Shown piece after piece: positions 40,205 through 50,106 of a stretch of 64,000 nt of DNA. Below the pieces are notes generated by a model. It did no database searches, was not told the DNA's origin, and saw only the letters and a program-made list of their open reading frames with translations. How positions within the stretch are numbered: position 1 is the stretch's first letter; every line of letters begins with the position of its first letter. Source of the stretch: an uncultured Gemmatimonadota bacterium (GTDB lineage Bacteria; JAAXHH01); the NCBI GenBank assembly GCA_964593235.1, contig CAZQGS010000045.1, positions 2,121 through 66,120 of the forward strand, read 5' to 3'. Both the position numbers and the translations under genes were made by a program.

Positions 40205-41455
40205 ATGTACTTGATGACTCTTTTGTCGTCTTTTGTTCTAGCCAAGTGTCTGAGCATTATATTATATGGTTTTTGGTTAAGTATCCTAAGCCGAAGACCT
40301 CGACTGGGGAAAGCACCGCTAATCTTCCCGAGACATGTATTTGCTATAATAGTTCCTGTGGCTAATGACGATGACTCTCTAAGCAGAACACTAGAGCATC
40401 TCCGAAGAATAAAATATCCTCGTAAGATGTTCGATATTATCATAGCTCCATTAAACTGTTCTGACAAGACACTCTCCATCGCACGGGAAAAAAACGCTAT
40501 AATATATCGTCAGGGGAGACAAACTTGGCATAACAGTGACGACGCAATTCAGAACATTTTGGAACGTTTATTGTTGAAAGATCGTTATGATGGCTACATT
40601 ATCCTAGATGCACAATCTAGGATAATGCCGAACTTTTTGCAGGTAATGAGTGACCAATTATCTAAGGGAGCTCTAGCGATTCAACCAGGGTACAGTATCT
40701 CAGGGAAGAAATGGGCTTGGAATACAGTTAAGCGAGCGATCCTATATGCACTTAAACCTAATTGGCTAACTTGTTGGCCGTTGAAATACCAACTTGGTTC
40801 TGGTATTCATAGGACAGGCCTATGTATCTCTCGTAGACTTGTTGAGACATCCGGGGTTAGCCGCCTCTACCGCCAGGATACCATTCAGGCGTTCCTTACC
40901 CAATTACTCCGTAATAATGTAATGGTTCAGTATACAGAAAACACTTGGGTTTATGACCGCACCACATCTTTTCCCGATACCACCTCAATGTTTAGTCAAG
41001 TGTGGGCTAGATTGGGTCAAACTTGGAATAACGGGTTCCCTCTGATAGTAGAAGGCTTGAAGTGGCGAAGCCCTGCCCAGGTAATCGGAGGAATAAATCT
41101 TTTTCTACCAACATTTGGTACCATACTGTTTACAGCTTTATGTTTCTGTATGCTGGGCTGGTATTTACATGGACCCGAATCAACTATTACTCTTGGATGG
41201 TTAAGTCTATTGGGCACCTTATTAGTTTTTGTTCTAATAAGGTTATGGCTAATGAAAGCACCTGTTCTGGCTTACGCGGCATTACCATTACTACCCTTTC
41301 TTTTATTCTGGCAATCTGCTAAGTCGTGTTTTCATAGGAGACAAGAAACTAGAGGACCGACCACCGAAAAGCCCCCAGTCAGTGTCAGTAAGCGTACACA
41401 TAACCAATCTGGCCGAAAGAAATACTCACGCCGACCTAGACGGCAATCTGGATAG
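40205..41455 (+). CDS. Membrane glycosyltransferase family 2-like protein with degenerate motifs
   Basis: FAIIVPVAND, NCSDKT, ILDAQS, C-terminal TM helices and a basic tail. Confidence 0.65.
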   Translation: MYLMTLLSSFVLAKCLSIILYGFWLSILSRRPRLGKAPLIFPRHVFAIIVPVANDDDSLSRTLEHLRRIKYPRKMFDIIIAPLNCSDKTLSIAREKNAIIYRQGRQTWHNSDDAIQNILERLLLKDRYDGYIILDAQSRIMPNFLQVMSDQLSKGALAIQPGYSISGKKWAWNTVKRAILYALKPNWLTCWPLKYQLGSGIHRTGLCISRRLVETSGVSRLYRQDTIQAFLTQLLRNNVMVQYTENTWVYDRTTSFPDTTSMFSQVWARLGQTWNNGFPLIVEGLKWRSPAQVIGGINLFLPTFGTILFTALCFCMLGWYLHGPESTITLGWLSLLGTLLVFVLIRLWLMKAPVLAYAALPLLPFLLFWQSAKSCFHRRQETRGPTTEKPPVSVSKRTHNQSGRKKYSRRPRRQSG

Positions 41456-41485
41456 ATTAAGGGCGCGACGGAGGAGGTAAACTGT

Positions 41486-42301
41486 ATTCAGTTATATCAC
41501 GCACTTATTTTGGGGTTTTTGCAAGGGGTAACGGAATTCCTTCCGGTTAGTAGCTCTGGGCACCTAGCTGTTTATCAACAGTTGATGGGGCTTCAAACAA
41601 ATCCAGTACTGTTTGATGTAATGGTTCATCTCGGTACCCTATTGGCAATTTTGATTGTATTCCGATCTGATATTCATAAACTATTGATAGGTGTCTTTCA
41701 AGACCTGGCTAAAAACTCCCAGACAAATTACGAATCTCTACTCCTTCTAGTATTACTTGGAATCAGTATGATTCCTTCGATAATTTTGGGTCTTGGCTGG
41801 AAACATGAGCTTGAAGAGCTATTTGCTGCTCCAGTATACATTGGCTGTGGATTTCTTGTTACTGGATGTATACTCTGGCTCTCCCAATTCTCAATGCCAA
41901 CATCAACACAAAGTCCAACCAAAATTAGCTGGATCAAAGCCTTGATTATTGGAGTTGCCCAAGCTTTGGCCTTGGTACCCGGGATTTCTAGATCGGGTAC
42001 TACTATTTCTATCGCTCTACTAATGGGACTTGACCGAAAACTAGCAGCTCGTTACTCTTTCTTATTATCAATTCCGACAATTGCTGGAGTAGTGATTGGT
42101 AAATTAATAGAAAACCAGGGGATACTTCCTTACCACTGGTTGTCATTAATAGCTGGGACTATAGTTGCCGCTATAACTGGATATTTTGCATTAACTATTC
42201 TACTACGAATAGTTGTTACTGGTAATCTATCAAAATTCTCATATTACTGTTGGTCCCTCGGGTTATTAACCCTAGTAGCCGTTTTAGGTGGAGCACTTTA
42301 A
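41486..42301 (+). CDS. uppP: Undecaprenyl-diphosphate phosphatase (BacA)
   Basis: LGFLQGVTEFLPVSSSGH, HLGT, PGISRSGTT, YSFLLSIP. Start proposed at ATT 41486 (see findings); the ORF track starts at TTG 41510. Confidence 0.93.
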   Translation: MQLYHALILGFLQGVTEFLPVSSSGHLAVYQQLMGLQTNPVLFDVMVHLGTLLAILIVFRSDIHKLLIGVFQDLAKNSQTNYESLLLLVLLGISMIPSIILGLGWKHELEELFAAPVYIGCGFLVTGCILWLSQFSMPTSTQSPTKISWIKALIIGVAQALALVPGISRSGTTISIALLMGLDRKLAARYSFLLSIPTIAGVVIGKLIENQGILPYHWLSLIAGTIVAAITGYFALTILLRIVVTGNLSKFSYYCWSLGLLTLVAVLGGAL

Positions 42302-42342
42302 TCTTTTGGCGCCACCTCACTAAATAATATGGAGTGCATAAG

Positions 42343-43086
42343 ATGAATCCAGACATCAGTCAAATCCTTGATGAATGGGGTTATACAGGACCTGACGAGC
42401 TTAGTGTCCGTAAGATAGTGGGAGTAGATGGTCAGACACGGATACAAATGCGAGTTGATCTTGGAATCCTACAGATGGAATGGTCAGGACGGCCAGACGG
42501 GCAAAAACCCTATGGAAAATCTTCCTTTTTGAATTACTTTCGGGAAAAGCTTGAGGACCAAGAAGGTCCCGATACTCAAAATATGCTTTCCCGAAATGAT
42601 TGTATAAAATTACAAAAAGAATCTCTACAGTATTATTATAGACGTATCTGTATGTTCGAATTGGAAGCTTATACCGAAGCCTTTCGAGATGCTGAGCATA
42701 ACTTGGAGATAATGGACCTGGTTAAACAATTTGCTGAGAATGAGACTGATCAACTTTCTTTTGAGCAGTATCGGCCCTTCGTTATTATGCACCGTACAAG
42801 AGCTAGAAGCCTTATTGCTAAAGAAAATAAAAATAAAGCCCTTGATTATATAGAAGAAGGCATTAAAGAAATCACAAATTTCTTTCGTTCCTATGACCGG
42901 GAAGATCTTTTGAAGGAAAGCCAAGAGATAATAACACTAAGAGAAATGGCTGAAAAATTAAAAAAATCTAATCCCAAATCTCAAGAAGAAAAATTACGAG
43001 TTGAATTAACAGTAGCTGTTGAGAATGAAAATTTTGAACAAGCGGCAGAAATACGGGACACTTTGAAAAAACTTCGGCTATCATAG
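42343..43086 (+). CDS. Conserved protein with a C-terminal UvrB/UvrC (UVR) motif
   Basis: IQMRVDLGILQMEWSGRPDG, ESLQYYYRR, EQYRPFVIMHRTRA; UVR motif AVENENFEQAAEIRD. Confidence 0.75.
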   Translation: MNPDISQILDEWGYTGPDELSVRKIVGVDGQTRIQMRVDLGILQMEWSGRPDGQKPYGKSSFLNYFREKLEDQEGPDTQNMLSRNDCIKLQKESLQYYYRRICMFELEAYTEAFRDAEHNLEIMDLVKQFAENETDQLSFEQYRPFVIMHRTRARSLIAKENKNKALDYIEEGIKEITNFFRSYDREDLLKESQEIITLREMAEKLKKSNPKSQEEKLRVELTVAVENENFEQAAEIRDTLKKLRLS

Positions 43087-43100
43087 ACAGGAGCTTTTAT

Positions 43101-44336
43101 TTGATTTCATGGATCAAGTCAGGTGATAAGCAATTATTATTGTTTGTGCTTGGAACAATAGGAGTGGGGCTCTCTATGGGCCTTGCAGAAATAAGCTTTA
43201 ATAATTTCCTGAGTGATACATACAATATGGATGCAATAAGCCGCGGTGAACTTGAATTTCCCCGGGAATTACCGGGTTTTCTAGTTGCTGCTTTTACTGG
43301 TTTACTCTTCTTTTGGTCTGAACTTAAGGTGGCAGTTCTTGCAATGTTTCTCATGGCTATTGGACTAGCTGGCCTTGGATTGATCGGAGATCAATACAAT
43401 TTAATGCTTACATCGATGGTGATCTGGAGTATTGGTATGCATCTCCAGATGCCAGTAACACAGCAAATGGCACTTCAATTATCTCAAAAAGATAAAGGTG
43501 CTACAATGCTAGGTCGTTTAGGGGGAATTCGAACTGGTGCAGCGATTTTGGGAGGATTATTGCTTTGGCTGGGTTTGGGAGAAACCTCTTTAGAATATCT
43601 ACCAATATTTACTTTAGCAGCATTGGTTGCAATGGGAGGGGGATTATGTTACCTCGCGATGGCACCATCCAGAAAAACAACCCGTAGTCGTCCTACTTTT
43701 GTTATTCGAAAAAGATACACTTTGTTCTACCTACTGAACATTTTATTTGGGGCCCGAAAACAGATTTTCATTACTTTTGCACCATGGGTCCTAATAAAAA
43801 TATTTGGAGAACCTTTATCTACAATAGCATGGCTACATCTTCTCTCATCGGTAATAGGCATGTTTTTTTCACCTCAACTAGGCAAATTGATCGACCGGTT
43901 TGGTGAACGCCTAATCCTCATGGCAGATGCTGTTTTACTCGTAGGGATATGTATTGGCTATGGATTTGCTCAAGAAATCGGATTAGGAAATTGGTCAATT
44001 TATGTTATTTATGCTAGCTTTATTATCGATCTAGTCTTGTTCAATGTTGGTATCGCCCGAACGACATACGCAAGTAAGATAGCAGCCAAAAAAGACGACC
44101 TTACAATGACTCTCTCGTTGGGAGTCACAATCGACCACGCAATATCAATGTCTATTCCAACAGTTGGGGGTCTAGTATGGGTAATATATGGTTATCAATA
44201 TGTCTTTTTGGGCGCTGCTGTTGTTGCAGTATTAACGTTGATTGCAACAGGTTTTATCACAGTACCAAAACTCTCTAGCCAACCTACCGCTCAAACAGAG
44301 AAGCAACTGTTGCGAGGGGCAACCTCAGTAAAATAG
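43101..44336 (+). CDS. MFS transporter
   Basis: About 12 hydrophobic segments, LEFPRELPGF, GKLIDRFGER. Confidence 0.85.
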   Translation: MISWIKSGDKQLLLFVLGTIGVGLSMGLAEISFNNFLSDTYNMDAISRGELEFPRELPGFLVAAFTGLLFFWSELKVAVLAMFLMAIGLAGLGLIGDQYNLMLTSMVIWSIGMHLQMPVTQQMALQLSQKDKGATMLGRLGGIRTGAAILGGLLLWLGLGETSLEYLPIFTLAALVAMGGGLCYLAMAPSRKTTRSRPTFVIRKRYTLFYLLNILFGARKQIFITFAPWVLIKIFGEPLSTIAWLHLLSSVIGMFFSPQLGKLIDRFGERLILMADAVLLVGICIGYGFAQEIGLGNWSIYVIYASFIIDLVLFNVGIARTTYASKIAAKKDDLTMTLSLGVTIDHAISMSIPTVGGLVWVIYGYQYVFLGAAVVAVLTLIATGFITVPKLSSQPTAQTEKQLLRGATSVK

Positions 44337-44338
44337 GG

Positions 44339-45103
44339 TTATCCCCCGGCCATCCAACCTCCATCTACTACTATAAGCTGGCCCGTAAGAAAATTAGCAG
44401 CAGGGGATGCTAGAAAAACAGCAGTACCAGCAATATCCTCAGGCTCACCCCAACGTCCAGCAGGAACACGGCTTAGTATATAGGCACCTCTTTCACTTTC
44501 TTCCACCGCTTGGGTTAAAGGTGTCCTGATATATCCGGGACAAATAGAATTAACATTTATATGATATTGAGCCCAGTCAATTGCAAGTTGATAGGTTAAA
44601 GATCCCAAGCCACCTTTTGCTGCTGTGTAGGCAGGGATGTGAGGGATACCAGTTATTGTTGCCAGCGAAGCTATATTTATAATCTTTCCATATTTATTTT
44701 TGATCATATTTTTCGCTACCAATTGAGTGAGGAAAAAAGTTCCTTTTAAATTAGTATTAACTACATTGTCCCAATCTTCTTCTCTATAATCCTCTGGAGG
44801 AGTTCTAACATTCATCCCCGCGTTGTTGACCAGAATATCTATCTGTTGCCATGTATTCAAGGCCTTCTCCACAAGAGTTCTTCGGCCATCGTCTGTTGTA
44901 ATATCTGTTTCTACGACAAGAGTTTCCCCACCCAATTGACAAATCTTTTTTGCTGTTTCATCAAGTCTAATCCGCCTCCGCCCGGCCAAAATAACACGGG
45001 CACCTGACTCAGCCATCGCAATAGCTATACCCTTACCGATCCCAGTTCCAGCGCCTGTCACGATGGCCACCTGTCCCTTTAGCGAAAACCGATCGAGATT
45101 CAT
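44339..45103 (-). CDS. SDR oxidoreductase, KduD / gluconate 5-dehydrogenase-like
   Basis: FSLKGQVAIVTGAGTGIG, NNAG, YTAAK, PAGRWGEPED, VDGGW. Confidence 0.85.
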   Translation of the reverse strand: MNLDRFSLKGQVAIVTGAGTGIGKGIAIAMAESGARVILAGRRRIRLDETAKKICQLGGETLVVETDITTDDGRRTLVEKALNTWQQIDILVNNAGMNVRTPPEDYREEDWDNVVNTNLKGTFFLTQLVAKNMIKNKYGKIINIASLATITGIPHIPAYTAAKGGLGSLTYQLAIDWAQYHINVNSICPGYIRTPLTQAVEESERGAYILSRVPAGRWGEPEDIAGTAVFLASPAANFLTGQLIVVDGGWMAGG

Positions 45104-45696
45104 TTTTACTCCTATTTTAGTTGGCTTATTTTCTCATAGACAAAAGGATTTAAATTCATTCCCAAACTCCTCTCAGATCACGGAAATTAGGGGAACCTTT
45201 CAAAAAACTCTGTAACTTATCGACAGTTCAATGGCAAGAAATATATAAATTAATTAACAAATAGGCAATGAGACAACTATAACCGTGCCTATAGTGGCTT
45301 ACAAAGTTTCTGAAAATAAATGGGGCTTTAATATTTTGAAAACATAGGGGATAATCAAGTTAGTTAACGAGGGTCTTAAATTTTGTTAATAAATCTGAGG
45401 TTTGTTAGTTTAATGATTATTTAAAGCTTCTGAAAACTAACTTTTATCTATAGGAAGGCTTGACCATTTAGGTTACGATTTCAAAAATATGACCATCTCT
45501 TATTTTGGCTTGACCTAGAACATTAAATCATTTTACTTTCTTTATGTCATGTATTACAGATTACCAATAAAATATAATGACAATTAAATTAGACTAGTCC
45601 GCTTTTAGTCAACACTATACAGTCATAAAATTAGTTGTAAGTAAGATATCTAAACCAGCATTAAATACGCTAGGGTTAGGTAGGGAAATTATATTT

Positions 45697-46356
45697 ATGA
45701 TCCGTCTCAAAGTATACGATGTTGGTCCTCCTTATCCTCTGCACTCGACGCCAGTTCTTTGGTTGACCGACGAACAGGAAGAAATGGTTTTAATCCTTTT
45801 GATTGGGCTAGCTGAAGCTTTTGCGATCAAAAGCCATATTGATGCCAACGAAGAAACACCTCCACGTCCAATGACGCATGATTTGCTTAAATCGGTCTTC
45901 GAACATTTTGATGCTGAAATAAAATATATTCTGATTTCTGAGCTTCGTGAACAGCAGTTCTATATTGCAGAGATCCATGTAGAAGTTGATGGCCAAGATG
46001 TCGCTATTGACTCAAGGCCTACTGACGCAATAGCTTTGGCACTCCGAGCAAGTGTTCCGATATATGTGACAGAAGATGTAATGCGAGAGGCTGGTAAACA
46101 AATGCCGAAAACCAAGGATATCGAGGGAGAAGATAAGATTATAGCAGCTATTGATACATTAGAAATGGAAGAAGGAAAAGTGCCTGCTACACATATTCCA
46201 TCGGAAGATGTATTGGAAGCGGTAGAATCAATTCCCGAGCCACGAACACCCCTTGAGGCAGCCCGTCAAGAACTGCAGGAAGCTATTGATGAAGAACGAT
46301 ACGAAGATGCTGCCCGCCTGCGCGATGAAATAAATCGCATGGAACAAAACCCCTAA
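45697..46356 (+). CDS. Bifunctional nuclease family (DUF151) protein with a C-terminal UVR motif
   Basis: IGLAEA, PRPMTHDL, IDSRPTDAIALALR; AIDEERYEDAARLRDEI. Confidence 0.85.
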   Translation: MIRLKVYDVGPPYPLHSTPVLWLTDEQEEMVLILLIGLAEAFAIKSHIDANEETPPRPMTHDLLKSVFEHFDAEIKYILISELREQQFYIAEIHVEVDGQDVAIDSRPTDAIALALRASVPIYVTEDVMREAGKQMPKTKDIEGEDKIIAAIDTLEMEEGKVPATHIPSEDVLEAVESIPEPRTPLEAARQELQEAIDEERYEDAARLRDEINRMEQNP

Positions 46357-46365
46357 AGAGGTACC

Positions 46366-47187
46366 GTGCGAGAAGCCATAACGATGTGGAAATATACCAG
46401 AATGGTTGTTCTGGTAGCACTAACGGCAGCTATGTATGCAGCCGCTCTAATCCCATTCAAACTCCTTCCTATTATTCCTGGCATTACAGAACTAAGACCC
46501 GCTAATGTTTTTCCTGTTATCTGTTCGCTAATGTTCGGCCCAGCAGGAGCTTGGGGTGCAGCAATTGGCAATCTTATTGGTGACCTAATGGGGGGGACTT
46601 ACGGTTTAGGCAGCTACTTCGGTATGGTTGGTAATTTCTTTTTCGGCTACATACCATACAAGATCTGGCATATCATTTCTACAAAAGAACCCGATAAATG
46701 GTCTCCGGCGATGTTAGTGCGTTACCTTTATGTAACCCTTCTTGCAAGCGTATCTTGTGGAGTAATAGTAGCATGGGGATTAGACCTGCTTGGTTTGGTA
46801 CCTTTCCATGTACTTGCTCCTCTTATTTCCATTAATAATTTCATAACAGCCGGAATTTTAGGCCCGTTGCTACTACCAATACTCTATCAACGAGTTAAGC
46901 AATGGGGACTGCTTTATCAAGATATTATGAATCCTGTGGACCTATCTACGAAAACTCCTTTAAGACATATTGGCCATATTATTTTGCTACCAGCATTGCT
47001 TGGTACTCTATACTTTGGTATTTCTATTTCATTAGGGTTAAATGAAGATATGGCGAAAACCATACCTCTTCTTTTTGGATTTGAAATTGCGGTTCCTGAA
47101 ATTTTACTTCAACCAATAGGATCTAACGTCGGGACAGGGATTATTCCTTTAATCATGTTATTTTTAATTGCCTGTATGTTTCTCTAA
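46366..47187 (+). CDS. QueT-like ECF transporter substrate-specific (S) component
   Basis: ALTAAMYAA, ELRPAN, FGPAGAWGAAIGNLIGD; multiple TM helices. Confidence 0.7.
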   Translation: MREAITMWKYTRMVVLVALTAAMYAAALIPFKLLPIIPGITELRPANVFPVICSLMFGPAGAWGAAIGNLIGDLMGGTYGLGSYFGMVGNFFFGYIPYKIWHIISTKEPDKWSPAMLVRYLYVTLLASVSCGVIVAWGLDLLGLVPFHVLAPLISINNFITAGILGPLLLPILYQRVKQWGLLYQDIMNPVDLSTKTPLRHIGHIILLPALLGTLYFGISISLGLNEDMAKTIPLLFGFEIAVPEILLQPIGSNVGTGIIPLIMLFLIACMFL

Positions 47188-47246
47188 CTTAATAACTACG
47201 TCCATTTCCATAAACAACCTGCTGTGTAACAAGGGGATCTTATAAA

Positions 47247-48527
47247 ATGAAAGTAGTTGATGTAACTCGGATAATTGTTGACGTTCCTTTTACTGAACGA
47301 CAAGCCAGAATTACTGAGCGTGAGGTCTACAACTGGTCAATTATAGAATTATGTAAAGCCACTACAGATACGGGGTTAGTCGGTTGGGGAGAAACAGTTG
47401 TGCACTACACTTGGGCTCGAGTAACCGATGAAGCTGTTCAAAAGGTACTCGGAAAAAGCCCAGCTGATGTCATGAACGATGATTCACTCGGAGCTGGTCT
47501 GCAAATGGCTATGTTTGATATCGTCGGCAAAGCCCTTGGGGTTCCGTGCTATAGATTGCTTGGGAATAAAGTAAGAGATTGGTCTCCTATTTCCTGGTGG
47601 TCGATCGATGCATCCCCAGGAGACTGGCTTGCTGAAGCAGTAGATGCTGTCGCTCTAGGCTATACTAGCTTCAAGATTAAGCAGAGACCCTGGTGGGATA
47701 TCTTCGCTCAACTTGATGCCATAACCACCGGAATTCCAAGTTCCTTCCAGTTAGATCTTGATGCTAATGCTACCATGCAGAATTCCGCCGCAGCTATGCC
47801 TATAATGCAAAAACTTTCAGAATATCAAAATGTAGCTATGTTTGAGACACCAATTCCTCAGACTGATATATTAGGGAACCGTCAATTGAGACAGGTCATA
47901 CCTCGGCCCATTGCGATGCATTTTGGTTCGCCACCCTTTATAACATCACTAAGAGAAGAGATCTGTGATGGTTTCGTAATCTGTGCAGGAAAATCAGAAG
48001 TAATGCGCCAAGCACAATTGAGCGCAGAAATGAACTCTCCTTTCTGGCTCCAATTAGTTGGCAATGGTCTCACTACAACATGGGCAGCACACCTAGGTGC
48101 GGTATTAAGCCATGCTACCTGGCCAGCAATTACCTGCACAAACCTCTATAGTCATAATTTATTAACAAAACCTATTGAAATAGTCGGAGGGTTTCATCGT
48201 GTCCCTGAGGCCCCCGGACTAGGAGTTACTGTTGATGAGGACGCTGTAGAAAGATGGAAAGTACCAGATGAAACTATCCAAAAATTAAAAAAGAAAAATA
48301 AGCTTTTTGATAAACCTACACCTCGTATTATTTGCTCCGTGGTCTATCCCAACAGCGCCCGCTTACATATATCCCCACTTAGCAAAGCCTATGGGTATTT
48401 CATACAGGGCAATGGCCCAGCTCATGAGGACGGTGTCTACCTAGAAATTGTCCATGATGATGGATCACAAGAGTGGGCCGACCTATACGAAAGGACCCTA
48501 AAAAATCCTGTCCGAACAAGAATTTAG
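47247..48527 (+). CDS. Enolase-superfamily (mandelate racemase / muconate lactonizing) enzyme
   Basis: TDTGLVGWGE, DIVGKALGVP, FKIK, LDAN, ETP, PEAPGLGV. Confidence 0.85.
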   Translation: MKVVDVTRIIVDVPFTERQARITEREVYNWSIIELCKATTDTGLVGWGETVVHYTWARVTDEAVQKVLGKSPADVMNDDSLGAGLQMAMFDIVGKALGVPCYRLLGNKVRDWSPISWWSIDASPGDWLAEAVDAVALGYTSFKIKQRPWWDIFAQLDAITTGIPSSFQLDLDANATMQNSAAAMPIMQKLSEYQNVAMFETPIPQTDILGNRQLRQVIPRPIAMHFGSPPFITSLREEICDGFVICAGKSEVMRQAQLSAEMNSPFWLQLVGNGLTTTWAAHLGAVLSHATWPAITCTNLYSHNLLTKPIEIVGGFHRVPEAPGLGVTVDEDAVERWKVPDETIQKLKKKNKLFDKPTPRIICSVVYPNSARLHISPLSKAYGYFIQGNGPAHEDGVYLEIVHDDGSQEWADLYERTLKNPVRTRI

Positions 48528-48641
48528 ATGTATTCCTTTTTGAGCCTATATAACCTGGGAAGAAAATATTAAAAGACCTGTCAAATAACTTTCTTAATAC
48601 CATTTTATGATTCAAACAGTTAAATGGGGAGGTAATACTTC

Positions 48642-49610
48642 ATGATCCAGATTGCAGAAATTCTTGGTAATAGTCGAAACATTCTCTGGGACCAAGTAAA
48701 GCAAATCGGTGTCGATCACGCGGTTACTGGATTAGCGCCCAGTGAAGCAAATGAAAATGGCTGGGATTACATGCCTATGCTACGTATGCGTAACGCGTTT
48801 AATGATGCTGGCTTGGAAATTTCGGTAATCGAAAGTGCCCCCCCCATGAACTGTATCAAACTTGGTATTGATGGTAAGGAAAAAGAATTTGATAATATCT
48901 TTACTTTTATTGAAAATATGGGCCGCGTCGGGATAAAAACCTGGTGTTATAACTGGATGGCTGTTTTAAACTGGACCAGAACCTCGTCTACTATTCCCTC
49001 AAGAGGTGGGGCGATGGTGACAGGCTATAACCATACGATGATGGACCAGGCTCCTTTAACCCAAGTTGGAGAAGTACCTGAGAGTAGGTTATGGGAAACA
49101 TTGCATGAATTTCTTGAGAGAGTAACCCCAGTTGCCGAACAGTATGGCGTGAAAATGGCAATGCACCCTGATGACCCTCCCCTATCACCTCTCCGAGGCA
49201 TCGGCCGTATAATGAGATCTCTAGAAAATTATCAAACTCTTCTTGACATGGTGTCGAGCCCAATGAATGGAATAACTTTCTGCCAGGGGAATTTTGGTCT
49301 CATGACAGAGGACCAGCCAACGGCAATTCGACATTTTGGCTTCCAAAATAAGATATTTTTTGTCCATTTTAGAGACGTGCGTGGTCATGTCGAGAATTAT
49401 ATTGAAACCTTTCATGATGATGGACCAACTGATATGTATGCCTGCTTGCAGGCATACAAAGAAATCGGGTTTAATGGTGTCCTTCGACCTGATCATGTTC
49501 CAACCTTATCAGGAGAAGAAAATGACCATCCAGGCTATTCATCTCTCTGTCGTCTCTATGCTGTAGGCTATATTAGAGGTCTTAGGGAAGCAGTATACCA
49601 CGAAAGCTAG
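48642..49610 (+). CDS. uxuA: Mannonate dehydratase
   Basis: CYNWM, MHPDDPP, NGITFCQG, FVHFRDV, RPDHVP, LYAVGYIRGL. Confidence 0.88.
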   Translation: MIQIAEILGNSRNILWDQVKQIGVDHAVTGLAPSEANENGWDYMPMLRMRNAFNDAGLEISVIESAPPMNCIKLGIDGKEKEFDNIFTFIENMGRVGIKTWCYNWMAVLNWTRTSSTIPSRGGAMVTGYNHTMMDQAPLTQVGEVPESRLWETLHEFLERVTPVAEQYGVKMAMHPDDPPLSPLRGIGRIMRSLENYQTLLDMVSSPMNGITFCQGNFGLMTEDQPTAIRHFGFQNKIFFVHFRDVRGHVENYIETFHDDGPTDMYACLQAYKEIGFNGVLRPDHVPTLSGEENDHPGYSSLCRLYAVGYIRGLREAVYHES

Positions 49611-49617
49611 TAGGTAA

Positions 49618-50088
49618 TTATTCTTCTGGAGCAGAATGAATGGGGTCGATCCAAAAAACATCTTTCGGTTTTTCTACCGGTTTAATTTCGAGATTAACGA
49701 CAATTGGCTCCATCCCACTTCTACAGAGAACACATTCCAAATCGTGATCAGGGCTGGCATTAATTTCCTGGTGGGGAACATAAGGAGGAACATAGATAAA
49801 ATCACCAGGACCGGCTTCTATTATATATTCAAGTTGATCTCCCCAGCGCATCCGAGCCCGGCCACGAACAACATAAATTATGCTCTCCAAATCACCGTGA
49901 TGATGGGCACCTGTTTTTGCGTCCGGTTGAATAATTACCTTTCCTGCCCAAAGTTTACTAGCCCCGGTGGTGGCGTTAGTAATTGCCGCAGATCTTGACA
50001 TTCCTGGGGTTTGAGGTGTATTATGGTCAAGTTTATCGCCAGAAATTACTTTGACCCCGTTATCTTTCCAATTATTAAATTTAGTCAT
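49618..50088 (-). CDS. Cupin domain protein (RmlC-like)
   Basis: TPQTPGMSR, GAHHHGDLES, GPGDFIYVPPYVPHQEIN. Confidence 0.85.
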   Translation of the reverse strand: MTKFNNWKDNGVKVISGDKLDHNTPQTPGMSRSAAITNATTGASKLWAGKVIIQPDAKTGAHHHGDLESIIYVVRGRARMRWGDQLEYIIEAGPGDFIYVPPYVPHQEINASPDHDLECVLCRSGMEPIVVNLEIKPVEKPKDVFWIDPIHSAPEE

Positions 50089-50106
50089 ATTAGGTAGATA
50101 ATAAAG

